NCBI GenBank assembly: GCA_900555985.1
Contig: USNF01000001.1
Location: 82,524 to 146,523 of the forward strand
Length of the DNA: 64,000 nt
Source of the DNA: an uncultured Gemella sp.
Lineage (GTDB): Bacteria; Bacillota; Bacilli; Staphylococcales; Gemellaceae
Direction of reading: 5' to 3'
In this document: piece after piece, positions 49,425 to 60,546 of the stretch
Position numbering within the stretch: the first letter of the stretch is position 1
Layout of the letters: the number at the start of each line of letters is the position of its first letter
Notes under the pieces: generated by a model
What the model was told of the DNA's origin: nothing
Database searches by the model: none
Seen by the model: the letters and a program-made list of their open reading frames with translations, nothing else
Program-made: the position numbers and the translations under genes

Positions 49425-51541
49425 TGTTTATCTTTAGCCTCCCGTAAAATAACATATTGATTACCTATTGGATAAATAGATGTATTGATATAAGAATTAA
49501 TATGACCATCAGCATTACTGTCATAATTAACTAATACATCTAATTGATTTGTAGAAATTTCAATTTCATACATATCTGTTTGTTTATTATAGTTAATCGC
49601 GTAACTATCTTTTTTCTTATATTCAATAACTAATTCATCATATTCTTCACTCATATTAGATGTAAGAGTAATGGTAGATGTATCATAATTAATAGAATAA
49701 TTAGAACTATCTATTTTTTCATATTCATTAGCATATAAACCAATAGAATCGATAATATTTTTTGGTGTGCGATATACATATTGTTTATTTACAAATGAAT
49801 CTTTTTTAACGCCGTACATTAAGATTTGGCTATTATCTAAGATTTCTTTTTCTAGCGAAAAAGCGGCTTCATCGGCAGGAATAATTTCTCGTTCCCAGTT
49901 TGTAAAATAATATGTGTAATCAGAAACATCTGTGTATTCTAAAATAAAATATTTGTATTCTTGTTTAGTTTCTTCATTTAAAGAAACTATATTATTATGT
50001 CTTGTATAGTTAGTAGTAGGTATTTCTGTATAGTTATGTGTAATCTCGTTAATGTTTTTAGCATTCATATTTAATATAGTATCTTGTTTTTGGATACCAT
50101 ATAACTTAATGCTATAGGCATTATCTGGTAAATTGCCTGGGACTATAATTTGCTGTTCGTTTTTAAATAACTTATAGTTAAGTGTTTCTTTTACAAATTC
50201 ACGATAACTAGCAGAAATATCAAAACTGTTTTGTTTATCTTTATCTGTTACTATAATAGGACTTTTTACAGAACCGTTTACATAGACTTTAAAATGACTG
50301 TCCGCAAAAATATTTTTTGTTTTACCGTCTTCCATATCTAAATCAATAGAATAGATATCTGAGATAATATTAAAGGCAATCGGTAACATTCCATTTTCTG
50401 GATTAATAACTTTAGTGGTTATTTTTTTATTTGTCTCTTTATCTTTAATAATTAATTCTTTTGTGGTTACAGTGTATTCAAAAATATATTCTACTTTAGT
50501 ATTAATAAATAAATCTTGAATTGTATTTCGATTAGATTTACTTATGATACTATAGGGAGCTTTTTTCGTTAAATCTTCGTAAGTTGGAACATGATGGATA
50601 ATCATATCCCATGTAACTTTTTTAACTTTATCAAGATTGATATCTATCCAAGAACCTTCTGTATTATATTGTTTAACTGTTGTTGGAATGAAGTTCCCAT
50701 CTTTAATAGAAGTGATTGTGATGTTAGAAACTTTACCTGATTCGCCTCTAAATTTTAAACTTATAAGAGTGTCTTCTTTTAATGTAAAAGAATTGTTTTT
50801 ATCTAATAAATTTTTAGGTTCATCTTCTGTCGTTTCTTCGTCTGTCTTAATTAAAGAATCATAGGTAAATACAAAAGCCTGTATATCATTTTTATCGTTT
50901 ACAGATTCAGCGTCATATTTTAAATAATAGGTTCCTGCTTTTAGTGGAATACGAGATTGTTCTAATTCAAAGTCATGGTCGCCATTTTCAAAAAGAAAAT
51001 ATTTATCTTTAAATTGAATACGTCCACCACGAGAATTTTCTAACTCATAATCCCATTTATCAGGAGTTTTTTGTTGAATATTCGTTTCTTTTAATATATT
51101 AGAATCATTAGAATAAATACCTAATACATAATTTGGGAACATGTATGGTAAATCAAATTCACCTAATGTAATAGTTCTATCTTTAGATATTATATATTCT
51201 AATGTAATCCTTTTTTTCTTAATTGTAAAAATAATCTGAACGTCTTTATGCTTTGGTTTTAATGAGTGAGCGTTTTGCATTAATGTATTAAAATTATCAT
51301 ATTGTTTTTCTATAATAGAAAAATCATTATAACCAATTTTAAATAATAATGCTTTATTACTTTCTTTAACAGATTGTCCATCACCAATAAAAAATCCAAA
51401 ACCAGATTTATTATACGTTATCGTCGTAAGAATTCTTAGGTCGCCGCTAAATATATAACGGCAACCTAAAATATCTTGTTCAAAAAATCTAAGACCATCA
51501 GATACTTTTTCGACTCTACTATTTGGGTCAAAAATAAGCAT
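49421..51541 (-). CDS. Putative virion structural protein
   Basis: 706-aa beta-rich ORF in module. Confidence 0.55.
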   Translation of the reverse strand: MLIFDPNSRVEKVSDGLRFFEQDILGCRYIFSGDLRILTTITYNKSGFGFFIGDGQSVKESNKALLFKIGYNDFSIIEKQYDNFNTLMQNAHSLKPKHKDVQIIFTIKKKRITLEYIISKDRTITLGEFDLPYMFPNYVLGIYSNDSNILKETNIQQKTPDKWDYELENSRGGRIQFKDKYFLFENGDHDFELEQSRIPLKAGTYYLKYDAESVNDKNDIQAFVFTYDSLIKTDEETTEDEPKNLLDKNNSFTLKEDTLISLKFRGESGKVSNITITSIKDGNFIPTTVKQYNTEGSWIDINLDKVKKVTWDMIIHHVPTYEDLTKKAPYSIISKSNRNTIQDLFINTKVEYIFEYTVTTKELIIKDKETNKKITTKVINPENGMLPIAFNIISDIYSIDLDMEDGKTKNIFADSHFKVYVNGSVKSPIIVTDKDKQNSFDISASYREFVKETLNYKLFKNEQQIIVPGNLPDNAYSIKLYGIQKQDTILNMNAKNINEITHNYTEIPTTNYTRHNNIVSLNEETKQEYKYFILEYTDVSDYTYYFTNWEREIIPADEAAFSLEKEILDNSQILMYGVKKDSFVNKQYVYRTPKNIIDSIGLYANEYEKIDSSNYSINYDTSTITLTSNMSEEYDELVIEYKKKDSYAINYNKQTDMYEIEISTNQLDVLVNYDSNADGHINSYINTSIYPIGNQYVILREAKDKQ

Positions 51542-51545
51542 ATGG

Positions 51546-54500
51546 TTAAATTACCTCTAGGTTAATTGTATGAATAGTTCCTTCAACGGTATCATTTGTT
51601 ACTTCAACTCTAAATTGGAAATATTGATAACCTTCAAAAATATGGTTATCTCCATGTAAGTTAACTGGATACCATTGTGTAAATACATTGCGTGTTTCAT
51701 CTTGACGATACCCACGAACATAGTATTTAGTATAATCTGGATGTAACGTAGAATCAATACTTGAAATTGTGTATGTACCTACAGTAGTAGTGTCATAAAT
51801 TTTAGATGTCATATATCCATTTTTATAATTTTTAATAGATAAAGGATATCTTGATTTTTCAGAGTATTGTAAATAAATTTCTATATTATTTATTACTTTG
51901 TCTGTATCCATTTCAACCATAATTTGTAAATATTCTGAAATTGGCCCAGAGTAATGTAATAGATTTGTTTTCTTTTGATATTCTAATGTGTTAGACAAAT
52001 TATTGTTGTAAGCATTTAATGTAATATTGAAGTTTTTAAATTTGTCAGTAACAACATTATTAATTTTAATAAATACGCCGACTACATTTTTATAATCTGG
52101 AATTTGATATTTACCAGATATAATAGTAGTCATGTCTTTAGCATAAATAGTATTTTTAATTAATTCTGCATTTTTTAATTTATAATTAGAAAAATCATTA
52201 GTGTTGGCATTAAGTTTTGTAATGCCCCAATCAACGTTGGAACCAATCGATAACATACCATCTCTATCAATATCTAAATGATAAAGTTCGTTATTTTGCA
52301 TATCAAAATCAAAACTATATGTTGTTTCTTTTACGTTACGTTCATTTAAATTAAATCCGAGCTGATTAATAATTTTAGTATGTACATCATCATCAATATT
52401 ATTTTTTATAATAATGTCATCAATTGTGCCAGAACCTTTTATTAACAAATAATATTTTTTATCTGGATTTACATTAGAGATAGTATAGGTTTGAATATTA
52501 TTTTTTTTGGTAAAATTACCAATAATATTAGTAAAAATAGATTTGGCAAATCGTCCTGCTTCCGATTGAATTTCTTCAGCAATATAAATAGATAAAGAAT
52601 TATCACAAGCAATGCTAATTATTTTGTTTTCTTTATAGGCTTTTGTGATATCTAATAAACTATAAGCATTAGTATCATTAGCTGTAAAATGAATGCCTAG
52701 TCCATATTTTGTTTTACTAATTGTTACTCTTGTATTAAAAGAGTTCCATAATTGATAGGAATCACAAGCTGAAATATTATTTAATGCGGAGATACCATCA
52801 ATTTTATGAGCATATTTTTTATAATCAATATGACAGATTGTATTCATAGTATCAGCAATACCCATATTCGTATGATATACAAAGTTATTAGTAGCTTCGA
52901 TTGTATGGAATCGGTTATCTATTTCTTCTACATCATGTAATAGAATATGTTTATATTTCTTCTCTGCTTGCTCGAATAGATGTTCAAATAAATAATATTC
53001 TTTTTCTTTACGATAATAATATCCTGGGTGAACCATAATTGTATTATCGATATTAAGTTTCTTAACTGTAATTGTATTATTTTGAATTAATACTTGAAAG
53101 TTAGGATTAGAACATTGAGCAACAATTTTATCTGGTATTTTATTATTAAATAAAATAGTTTTTGATTCACCATCTTTAATATCTTTAAGAATAATTTTAT
53201 TATCTATTAATTGATAGGCATCGGTAGAATAGTTTACTTTACTATATAAATCTTTAATATTTTTATAGGTGATACTAATCGGTAAATTATAGTTATAAGA
53301 GACAGTAACTGTTTTGCCAATTAAATTTTTATCGTACCATTCAATAATGCCTTGTTTACCCAATAAATTATATTTTGTATTAGAAATAATTTTACCGTTT
53401 GATGCATCACGAATATATAAAATAGCTTCGATATTAGAATGTCGTAATTTATTAAACATATCAGATTCAACAATAATGTCTGTAAATGCTGTTGTGATAG
53501 CATAATTAATTGTCATATTATCTGGTGGCGTAATAATAAAAGTACTCAATTCTTCTTTATTACCATTAATATCATATAGCTTATCTAATGGCATTTTATT
53601 AGAAATAGTAAACCCCAAGTTTAAACTATTAATAGAAAACTTAGTTGTATTAGATTCACTAGCAGAAATTTTACAACGAATAATAATATTATTTTGTTGT
53701 TTGCCTAAACACCATTTTTGTTCTTCTTTTTGTGTGGCACCCTGCACTTCAAAATTAATAGTGATATCTTTTTGAGGAGCATCTTTAAATCTTGCTTCTT
53801 CAATTCTATATAGCATTAATTTGTTGTCAGGAATAAAAGGAGAAAAATTATCTATTAAATTTACACGAGTAAATTCATCAATAATATTGGCTTCGTTATA
53901 CGCTATATAATCTTTATCGGACCGCAAAGAAATAAATGTATATTCAAAATTCTTATCAAAATTATTTGTATTACTAATAATATTATTTTTGGAATCAATA
54001 ATATAGTTAGTAATCATATTGTCTGAGATGCCAGTATAATAAAAGATATTTGCTTTATTAGAAGTATCTGCCCTTACAATAACTTTCTTATATTGCTTAC
54101 CATCTTCTGTTTTAACAATAAAACCATCGATGTCAGAAGAGATAAATAATTCTTCTGTGCCTTGTAATCCTAATAGATTTTTTAAATTTCTTGATTGAAT
54201 AACTTCTTTGCCTTGACCAGTAATTTGAATGGTTTGCATAGATTGATTAGGAGATAACGTTATATAATAAGCAGTTTTACCATTATACGTTGATTTGTCT
54301 AACGCAACGGAAGAAGAAGAAATGGATTCTAATTGAGATAAATCTAATGGAATACTTTGTTTTGTAGCTGTATTATTCGTGATTGTTTGTTTAGGGATAT
54401 AATTTTGTTTTAATAGAACTTCTTGATTGTTTTCTATTTTATATAAATCTATATCACAGTTACTATCTATAATAATACGTTCTGTTGTAGTTGGGGTGAA

Positions 54501-56516
54501 AGTATCTGTTTCATAAATAGAATTATCTGTACTTTCTCCAATATGAATATATTCAATGACTGGAGCGAACGAACTATGTGCTGTCATAGAAATATGTAAT
54601 TGATTATTTTCTAATCCAGAAGTAGGCAATAATGTTGCATCGCCAGTTTTAATCAAAGAACCTTTATCTAACCAAGTTTTAATTTTATATCGAGTAGCTT
54701 TAACATTTTTAATGCTAATTGGATATAAACCAGCTTTTGTAATGGTTACCTTTACATGAGTTAAATCATTATAAGATAAAGTAAATTTTTTAGCACTCGA
54801 CCATAGACCAGAATTTACTGTATCAATTTTATTATTAGCTTCTACATTTACGATAATAGAACCTTGTTCTTGTAAATTGGCTGCTTCATTAAAAGTAAAT
54901 TCTAAATTATTGCAATCTAATTCAATAACTATATTGGATTGAGAATCTGTTGTATCAGAATATAATTCATTTTTATTATTAATTTTAAAGCCATTTAATG
55001 TAACGATAGATTTATCTGTTGTATAGTCAATCGCTTCGCAGTAAGAATTAATTCGTAATTCTTTGCCTTCTGCTCCCGCAACATCTAATGTCATTTCACC
55101 GTAAGTAGAAGTTTTATTAATTGTTAAACCATCAATTGTATTTTCGATGTCAGTATAATTTTTTAATTCTTCTCGTTTAGTGATATGAGCAAAAATATTA
55201 GAGTTAACTAACGCATTATTTTTAAGAATAAATTGTTTCTTAGGTTTTAATAAACTTGTTTTTTGTTTATTGATATTTTCTCTTTCGATATTATAAATAA
55301 TCATATTGTCATATCGAGTATGAGGTTTGAGTTTTAATTTGTATTGAATATTTGGCTGTAAATCATATTTAGGAGATACTGTTAAATTACCAGTATCCAT
55401 AGCAAGGTCTGCTACATAATATGTATTTGTACCTACGAAAGTTTTAAATTCTTTTAAGAAAATAGTTTCAGAATTAATTTTCTTAACTTCATTCGCTATA
55501 ATTTTATAGTTAGCTCGTTTAGGAATTAATTCATTGGTATATCTTTTTAGTTGTAAAGGAATATTCGTTTTTAATTGTTGACGAGCAATATAACTTTCAA
55601 TTAATAATGGAGAATAATTATAGCCTTTAATTTCTACATCTGTTTTGTCTGTACTGCCAAGTTCAGAATTTAGAAACACTTTGGCGTCTAAGCGTTGGCC
55701 AGTACCTTGTTGATAGGCAGATGGTGTCGCATCCCATTTGTTAGCGAGATATTCTAAATCTTTAAAGAAATTATTCCAGTACGTGATATCCCAAATTTTT
55801 GTACGCATAATGTCTCGGTTAACTTTAGACATTGTATCGTAAATAATTTCTTCATTTTTCATAATATACATATTATGTCCATTTGGAGCTTCAATTTTGA
55901 TATTGCCAGCACTAATAGAATAGAAATTAATTAGCGTATTAATAATAGCATTTTTTAATCCTTGTTTGGTACTATTAGTTCGTAGTTTAAAAGATTGTAA
56001 ACATCTATTTAATAAATCGGCATTTGATTCATTTTCGTAGCGTTCTAAAGAAGAGAACATAGCAAATTCATCGAAGATATTCCATGTTTGTTCTCGTCTT
56101 AATTTAGCAGTATATTCATTATCTTTAATGGAATAATTAATATAATCATTAGTTGTCGCATCTGGATGAATAATTAAATGTCCATCTTCGTATAATGCCA
56201 ATGTATGATTTAGTAAAAATTCTTTTTGATTGTCTGTGACTTGTAGAGCTATATTAGTAATTTTTAAATCTTGAATATTCACGTTACCAATATTAGCTAT
56301 TAATGCTACAGAAAAATAATCATTTTCTTTACCGATATAATTAACTAAGAAAAATGTCTTTTTAAATTCTTCAAATTCTTTATTAATTATATCTTGTTCA
56401 CTAGAGATAGATTGTAGATATTGACCAGATATAGAAGTGTCTGGTCGTTTTACTGTATCTGTCCAAGAAGGAATATCTCTTAGAATTTTTTTAAAAAATT
56501 GTCTTGAAGTATCCAT
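51546..56516 (-). CDS. Large baseplate-associated structural protein
   Basis: 1656 aa, FDEFAMFSSLERYENESNADLLNR baseplate-type motif, follows baseplate genes. Confidence 0.55.
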   Translation of the reverse strand: MDTSRQFFKKILRDIPSWTDTVKRPDTSISGQYLQSISSEQDIINKEFEEFKKTFFLVNYIGKENDYFSVALIANIGNVNIQDLKITNIALQVTDNQKEFLLNHTLALYEDGHLIIHPDATTNDYINYSIKDNEYTAKLRREQTWNIFDEFAMFSSLERYENESNADLLNRCLQSFKLRTNSTKQGLKNAIINTLINFYSISAGNIKIEAPNGHNMYIMKNEEIIYDTMSKVNRDIMRTKIWDITYWNNFFKDLEYLANKWDATPSAYQQGTGQRLDAKVFLNSELGSTDKTDVEIKGYNYSPLLIESYIARQQLKTNIPLQLKRYTNELIPKRANYKIIANEVKKINSETIFLKEFKTFVGTNTYYVADLAMDTGNLTVSPKYDLQPNIQYKLKLKPHTRYDNMIIYNIERENINKQKTSLLKPKKQFILKNNALVNSNIFAHITKREELKNYTDIENTIDGLTINKTSTYGEMTLDVAGAEGKELRINSYCEAIDYTTDKSIVTLNGFKINNKNELYSDTTDSQSNIVIELDCNNLEFTFNEAANLQEQGSIIVNVEANNKIDTVNSGLWSSAKKFTLSYNDLTHVKVTITKAGLYPISIKNVKATRYKIKTWLDKGSLIKTGDATLLPTSGLENNQLHISMTAHSSFAPVIEYIHIGESTDNSIYETDTFTPTTTERIIIDSNCDIDLYKIENNQEVLLKQNYIPKQTITNNTATKQSIPLDLSQLESISSSSVALDKSTYNGKTAYYITLSPNQSMQTIQITGQGKEVIQSRNLKNLLGLQGTEELFISSDIDGFIVKTEDGKQYKKVIVRADTSNKANIFYYTGISDNMITNYIIDSKNNIISNTNNFDKNFEYTFISLRSDKDYIAYNEANIIDEFTRVNLIDNFSPFIPDNKLMLYRIEEARFKDAPQKDITINFEVQGATQKEEQKWCLGKQQNNIIIRCKISASESNTTKFSINSLNLGFTISNKMPLDKLYDINGNKEELSTFIITPPDNMTINYAITTAFTDIIVESDMFNKLRHSNIEAILYIRDASNGKIISNTKYNLLGKQGIIEWYDKNLIGKTVTVSYNYNLPISITYKNIKDLYSKVNYSTDAYQLIDNKIILKDIKDGESKTILFNNKIPDKIVAQCSNPNFQVLIQNNTITVKKLNIDNTIMVHPGYYYRKEKEYYLFEHLFEQAEKKYKHILLHDVEEIDNRFHTIEATNNFVYHTNMGIADTMNTICHIDYKKYAHKIDGISALNNISACDSYQLWNSFNTRVTISKTKYGLGIHFTANDTNAYSLLDITKAYKENKIISIACDNSLSIYIAEEIQSEAGRFAKSIFTNIIGNFTKKNNIQTYTISNVNPDKKYYLLIKGSGTIDDIIIKNNIDDDVHTKIINQLGFNLNERNVKETTYSFDFDMQNNELYHLDIDRDGMLSIGSNVDWGITKLNANTNDFSNYKLKNAELIKNTIYAKDMTTIISGKYQIPDYKNVVGVFIKINNVVTDKFKNFNITLNAYNNNLSNTLEYQKKTNLLHYSGPISEYLQIMVEMDTDKVINNIEIYLQYSEKSRYPLSIKNYKNGYMTSKIYDTTTVGTYTISSIDSTLHPDYTKYYVRGYRQDETRNVFTQWYPVNLHGDNHIFEGYQYFQFRVEVTNDTVEGTIHTINLEVI

Positions 56517-56527
56517 TATATCCTTTC

Positions 56528-57325
56528 TTAGTTAATTTCATCTATCCATTTAATAGTATCGAAAATAAATTTACTGTCGATAGCTTGTAGTATTTTAATT
56601 CTATCTGTTTCATCATTATCAATAAATAAAGAGATAACATTAAAGTAATTTACATCTGGCGTTTCAATACCAATTTTATTTAATTTACCAATTTCTAAAT
56701 ATTCACCGGGAGCTAAACTATCGATATATTTTTTAATTTGTTTGGCAATATTAATTTTAATAGCATCAATATCTCCATCATCTGAATGCAAAAAGATTTC
56801 GAGAATTACATTTCTAATCGTAGGAATAATATATTCTACATATGTACCTGCGGAACAGATAGATTCAACTTTTTGTTGTGCTTCTTTTAGAGCATCTGTC
56901 ATGTATGGTTCTTCATACATTTTAGGAATCACATAACAAGTACCAGTGCCAGCTCCCCGTGTTTTCGGAAAATAAGAATAATTAGACCCTTTCGTTGGAT
57001 TTAATAAAGTTAATTGAATTGCTTTTGTATTAGCTGCTTCGTTAATTAGCATCCAATTCATTAATCTATATTTGTATTGACTATCGGATTCTCCAGTAGC
57101 TCTAGGTAAATTTACCCATTCACCAGTACTATCTAACGTTTCATTTTGTAAGAAAGACCAAACATGAGGTGTTTTGTTATTTTCTATTTCTGCATATACA
57201 TCTTCTAATGTGTGAGCAATAGCATCTGTATATAATCCAATGGCAGACCCATTATCGAATTCTTGTCCAGATTTCTTTTTAAAAATATTTTTTATATTTT
57301 GTAATATATTGTGAGCAGTTCTCAT
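56528..57325 (-). CDS. Baseplate J-like wedge protein
   Basis: LDSTG...GESDSQYKYR, RGAGTGTCYVIP, IKKYIDSLAPGE. Confidence 0.65.
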   Translation of the reverse strand: MRTAHNILQNIKNIFKKKSGQEFDNGSAIGLYTDAIAHTLEDVYAEIENNKTPHVWSFLQNETLDSTGEWVNLPRATGESDSQYKYRLMNWMLINEAANTKAIQLTLLNPTKGSNYSYFPKTRGAGTGTCYVIPKMYEEPYMTDALKEAQQKVESICSAGTYVEYIIPTIRNVILEIFLHSDDGDIDAIKINIAKQIKKYIDSLAPGEYLEIGKLNKIGIETPDVNYFNVISLFIDNDETDRIKILQAIDSKFIFDTIKWIDEIN

Positions 57326-57336
57326 GAGTTTCCTTT

Positions 57337-57849
57337 CTATAATTCAAATATAAAGAATAGTTCTTCATTTTTATAAATATATAAATTAATGTTTTCAGTT
57401 ACAAAATGATTATTTCGTTTTACTTGTTTAGCAGAAACTCTATAGGTATCTTGTGTTATATTTTGAATAGCTTCTAAAGCAGCTGTTTCTAATAAACTAA
57501 GGTTTTGTTCATTAATAATTTTATGTCGTTGTATATTAATAGTGGAACCAAATTCTTTATGATGAAATAAACTGTCGAGCTCTGTTCTTAATTTTATCAT
57601 AATTCGTTGTCTAATTTCATCATCAAAATTAATTGTTGTAATATTTTTTTCTTCCTCATTTTTATTGTCTGTAGTAAATTTCAAACAAAAATTTTGCTTG
57701 AAATTATTTTTATTTATTTTACCAGATATGTGAAAATTTGTTCTAAATACTGGATTTATCGAATTAATAAAAGAAAGAGTGAAAATATCTAGTTTCTTTT
57801 TTTGTTCTAAAATAATGTCTCCAGATTGGTTTAATTTAAAATCTATCAT
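57337..57849 (-). CDS. Baseplate wedge / sheath-initiator (gp25-like) protein
   Basis: IDFKLNQSGDI...QRIMIKLRTELDSLFHHKEFGS, adjacent to baseplate J. Confidence 0.5.
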   Translation of the reverse strand: MIDFKLNQSGDIILEQKKKLDIFTLSFINSINPVFRTNFHISGKINKNNFKQNFCLKFTTDNKNEEEKNITTINFDDEIRQRIMIKLRTELDSLFHHKEFGSTINIQRHKIINEQNLSLLETAALEAIQNITQDTYRVSAKQVKRNNHFVTENINLYIYKNEELFFIFEL

Positions 57850-57870
57850 TAATATATATATCCTTTATAC

Positions 57871-57906
57871 AAAAGAAAAAGTCCGTCAAAACATAATGAC
57901 GGACTT
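57871..57906 (-). terminator. Intrinsic terminator
   Basis: AAGTCCGTCA/TGACGGACTT stem with T tract. Confidence 0.75.
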
Positions 57907-57912
57907 ATATAT

Positions 57913-59190
57913 TTAAAATAATTTTTTGAGACTGCTGGTCAAGCTTCCTATAGCCTTCGATGCTTCTTTATTTACATAAGTAGACAGCCTTTGTTTTTGT
58001 TCTTTAATAAAGTTATCTCGATATTGATTGACTCGTTTGCGAGCTTCATCAATTTTCTTTTGTACATTTTCAAATTGTTTAATATGTTTCGTAATTTGTG
58101 GCATAAGTTTAGATGTGACTTTTAATGAAATGCTTTTATTAATTCGTTCAACAATAGGTTTAACAGAATCATTAATATTAATGTCTAAACCAATTGTGCC
58201 AGCAATCGTATTAACTTTATTAAGTGTTTTTTCAAGTTGTAGTTGTTTATATTCAAGTCTTTCTAATGAACTATTAATATAATTATTTAATGATTGCTCA
58301 TCTTTAATAATGGTAGTAATTTTGTTACCGTTATTAACTACAAACTTATCTATCTTATCATATATTTTTTCTATTGGCTCTAGCTTTTTAGTAATGGCAT
58401 AGTCAGCTTTGTCTGCAAGTCCAAGTATAGTAGTTATTTGTTTGTTTACTAAATCTTGCAATTTGGCTTCAGCTTCATTTCGTAATTCTTGCATTAATTG
58501 TGGATTTTTTATTTCGGTAGTTTTATGCCCACGAATGATAGCTTTCATTTCCGTTATGCAATCTTCATTTAAAATAATATTACCTAAAATACCGTACTTC
58601 TTTTTGCATTTTTCAAGACTTTTTAACATAGCTAAGTCTAATTGGTCTTGAACAACTTGATGAGCTAAATTTTTAATAGAGTAATCTTTAAGGTGTTGAT
58701 AATCTAATTCTTTTGTATATTTAGTGTCTTTGGATAATAAATCAGCTGCTTGCTCTTTTGTATATCCTTTATCCATTAAATATTTCATATCATTCTTAGA
58801 ATATGTTTTGCCATTAGGCCCATATGTTAATGGGTCTTTTTTATGTAATGATTTAGCTGCCTTTTCTAATTGTTCAGATGCTTTTTGTACATAGCTAGTT
58901 CTTAAAACAGATGCTTTTACTTCATCTCCTATAGCATGTTTAATAGCGTCTTTAATCGATGGGTCAGTATATTTAGTATCTTTAGATAATAATTCAATAG
59001 CTGCTTTTTTTGAATAACCATTTTTAGTTAAATAATTAATATCGTTTTCATTATAACGTCTACCATTAGGTCCATATATATTAGGGTCTTTGACTTTAAC
59101 TTGTTTCGCTACTATATTATTTAAGATTTCTTTTGTTTTCTTTTTATTAGATAAAGAGGACTTTACATCCTCTATATTTATGTTAGACAT
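57913..59190 (-). CDS. Basic helical protein with duplicated ~42-aa repeat
   Basis: KDPxxYGPNGxxYxxNDxxYLxxxGYxKxxAxxLLSKDTKYT occurs twice. Confidence 0.65.
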   Translation of the reverse strand: MSNINIEDVKSSLSNKKKTKEILNNIVAKQVKVKDPNIYGPNGRRYNENDINYLTKNGYSKKAAIELLSKDTKYTDPSIKDAIKHAIGDEVKASVLRTSYVQKASEQLEKAAKSLHKKDPLTYGPNGKTYSKNDMKYLMDKGYTKEQAADLLSKDTKYTKELDYQHLKDYSIKNLAHQVVQDQLDLAMLKSLEKCKKKYGILGNIILNEDCITEMKAIIRGHKTTEIKNPQLMQELRNEAEAKLQDLVNKQITTILGLADKADYAITKKLEPIEKIYDKIDKFVVNNGNKITTIIKDEQSLNNYINSSLERLEYKQLQLEKTLNKVNTIAGTIGLDININDSVKPIVERINKSISLKVTSKLMPQITKHIKQFENVQKKIDEARKRVNQYRDNFIKEQKQRLSTYVNKEASKAIGSLTSSLKKLF

Positions 59191-59243
59191 AAAGTCCTCC
59201 GTTCTCTAATTATGAATGTTGTTTAAAAGTGAGTTACTAAAAA

Positions 59244-60137
59244 TTATTCGTTAATTTTAGCTGTATATCTGTCAGAAAGTTTTTTAACTTTTTCTTTTTC
59301 AGATTCAGGGAATGCTTTCCATTCACCAGTACCTAAATCAATATATTCTGCAAAATCTGGTGTTAAAAATAAAATAGCATCATCAGCAGTCATATGATGG
59401 AAATTATTGAAACTGCCAGCTTTTGTTTTGATTACAACGTATTTTGTACCATATTGGAAATTTGTTGTATTAATATCATCAGTAGTATTAATAATAGGAA
59501 TGCCGTCTACTGACGTTAAATTTTGTACTGTGTCAATATTTGTAGTAGCAGTAGTTTCGAAATTAGTTTCAGAAATGAATGTGTCTAATTTTTCAACAGC
59601 AGTAGATTCAAAAGAATGTTTAACCGTGAATACCAATGCTTCTTTAGCACCAAAAATATCTTGAGCTTTCAATTGATAATCTTCTTCTAAATTAATGCTT
59701 TCTGGAATTGTAATAGTAGGAAGCTCAGAAGCATTTTCTGGAATTTGGAAATGGCAATAACCAAAGTCGGTACCATTTTGGATAGCATTAATAACTACAT
59801 ATTTTTCTGCAATACCATTAGCTTTTAAAGCTCTACTTTTATTGCTAAAAAATGTTAATGCAGATGTTGCGCTGTAAGCGAATTTTTCCATTACAATGTC
59901 TTTAATCATATCAGCTAAAGCAATTGGAAGATTGTAAAATTCAGCTGTTTCTTTTTTAATACCAAGATTTAAGCCGAATTTTTTAAAGCTAGCATCAACA
60001 GTAGTCTTAACTTCTTTTTTATCTACAGCTTGTGCTGCATCAATAGCATATACTACGCCTTCTTCTAAAGTACCAGCTGATTTTTTTTGCTCATAAGCTT
60101 CTTTAGTTGTAAAAATAATTTTATTAATATCTGCCAT
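59244..60137 (-). CDS. Putative fibre/accessory virion protein, partial paralog of 22792..25302
   Basis: IPESINLEEDYQLKAQDIFG and ILFLTPDFAEYIDLGTGEWKAFP motifs. Confidence 0.55.
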   Translation of the reverse strand: MADINKIIFTTKEAYEQKKSAGTLEEGVVYAIDAAQAVDKKEVKTTVDASFKKFGLNLGIKKETAEFYNLPIALADMIKDIVMEKFAYSATSALTFFSNKSRALKANGIAEKYVVINAIQNGTDFGYCHFQIPENASELPTITIPESINLEEDYQLKAQDIFGAKEALVFTVKHSFESTAVEKLDTFISETNFETTATTNIDTVQNLTSVDGIPIINTTDDINTTNFQYGTKYVVIKTKAGSFNNFHHMTADDAILFLTPDFAEYIDLGTGEWKAFPESEKEKVKKLSDRYTAKINE

Positions 60138-60164
60138 TATTATATAAGCCTTTCTATATCAATA

Positions 60165-60515
60165 TTATAAGTGGTCGTTAGGTTGTAATTGTACAATACG
60201 CCAAGCTCCAGGTCCTTCTGTTGATTCAGCGATATAAATTGAACCATAAGATATTGCAACTTGTCCAGCAAAATCTGGAGTTTTTGTTATATCAGTTGCA
60301 ACGATTTTATCAATATGAATATAATCTTTTAATTTATTTTCTATATCAGTAGTTTTGGCCAAACCTTCAATAGAAGGGACTTCAATATTTTGTATTGCAT
60401 TAATTATTTCTTTACCAGATAAAAAGTATGTAGTGTCCTCATCAATTGTATTGGACTCAATCATGCTTTTAAGTTTATCATAATTAATTAAAACGGCTTT
60501 TTCTAATGTTGCCAT
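60165..60515 (-). CDS. Small modular fibre-like protein
   Basis: Shares N-terminus with 61924..62037 and a PSIEGLAKTTD repeat with 60547..61896. Confidence 0.6.
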   Translation of the reverse strand: MATLEKAVLINYDKLKSMIESNTIDEDTTYFLSGKEIINAIQNIEVPSIEGLAKTTDIENKLKDYIHIDKIVATDITKTPDFAGQVAISYGSIYIAESTEGPGAWRIVQLQPNDHL

Positions 60516-60546
60516 TTATAATTCCTTTCTATATTGAGATTATATA

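Noticed and set aside
207..59664. Numerous short opposite-strand or nested ORFs in the track (e.g. 207..599, 14865..15302, 21200..21652, 38046..38693)
   Set aside because: Fully overlap better-supported genes, and lack RBS and recognisable motifs
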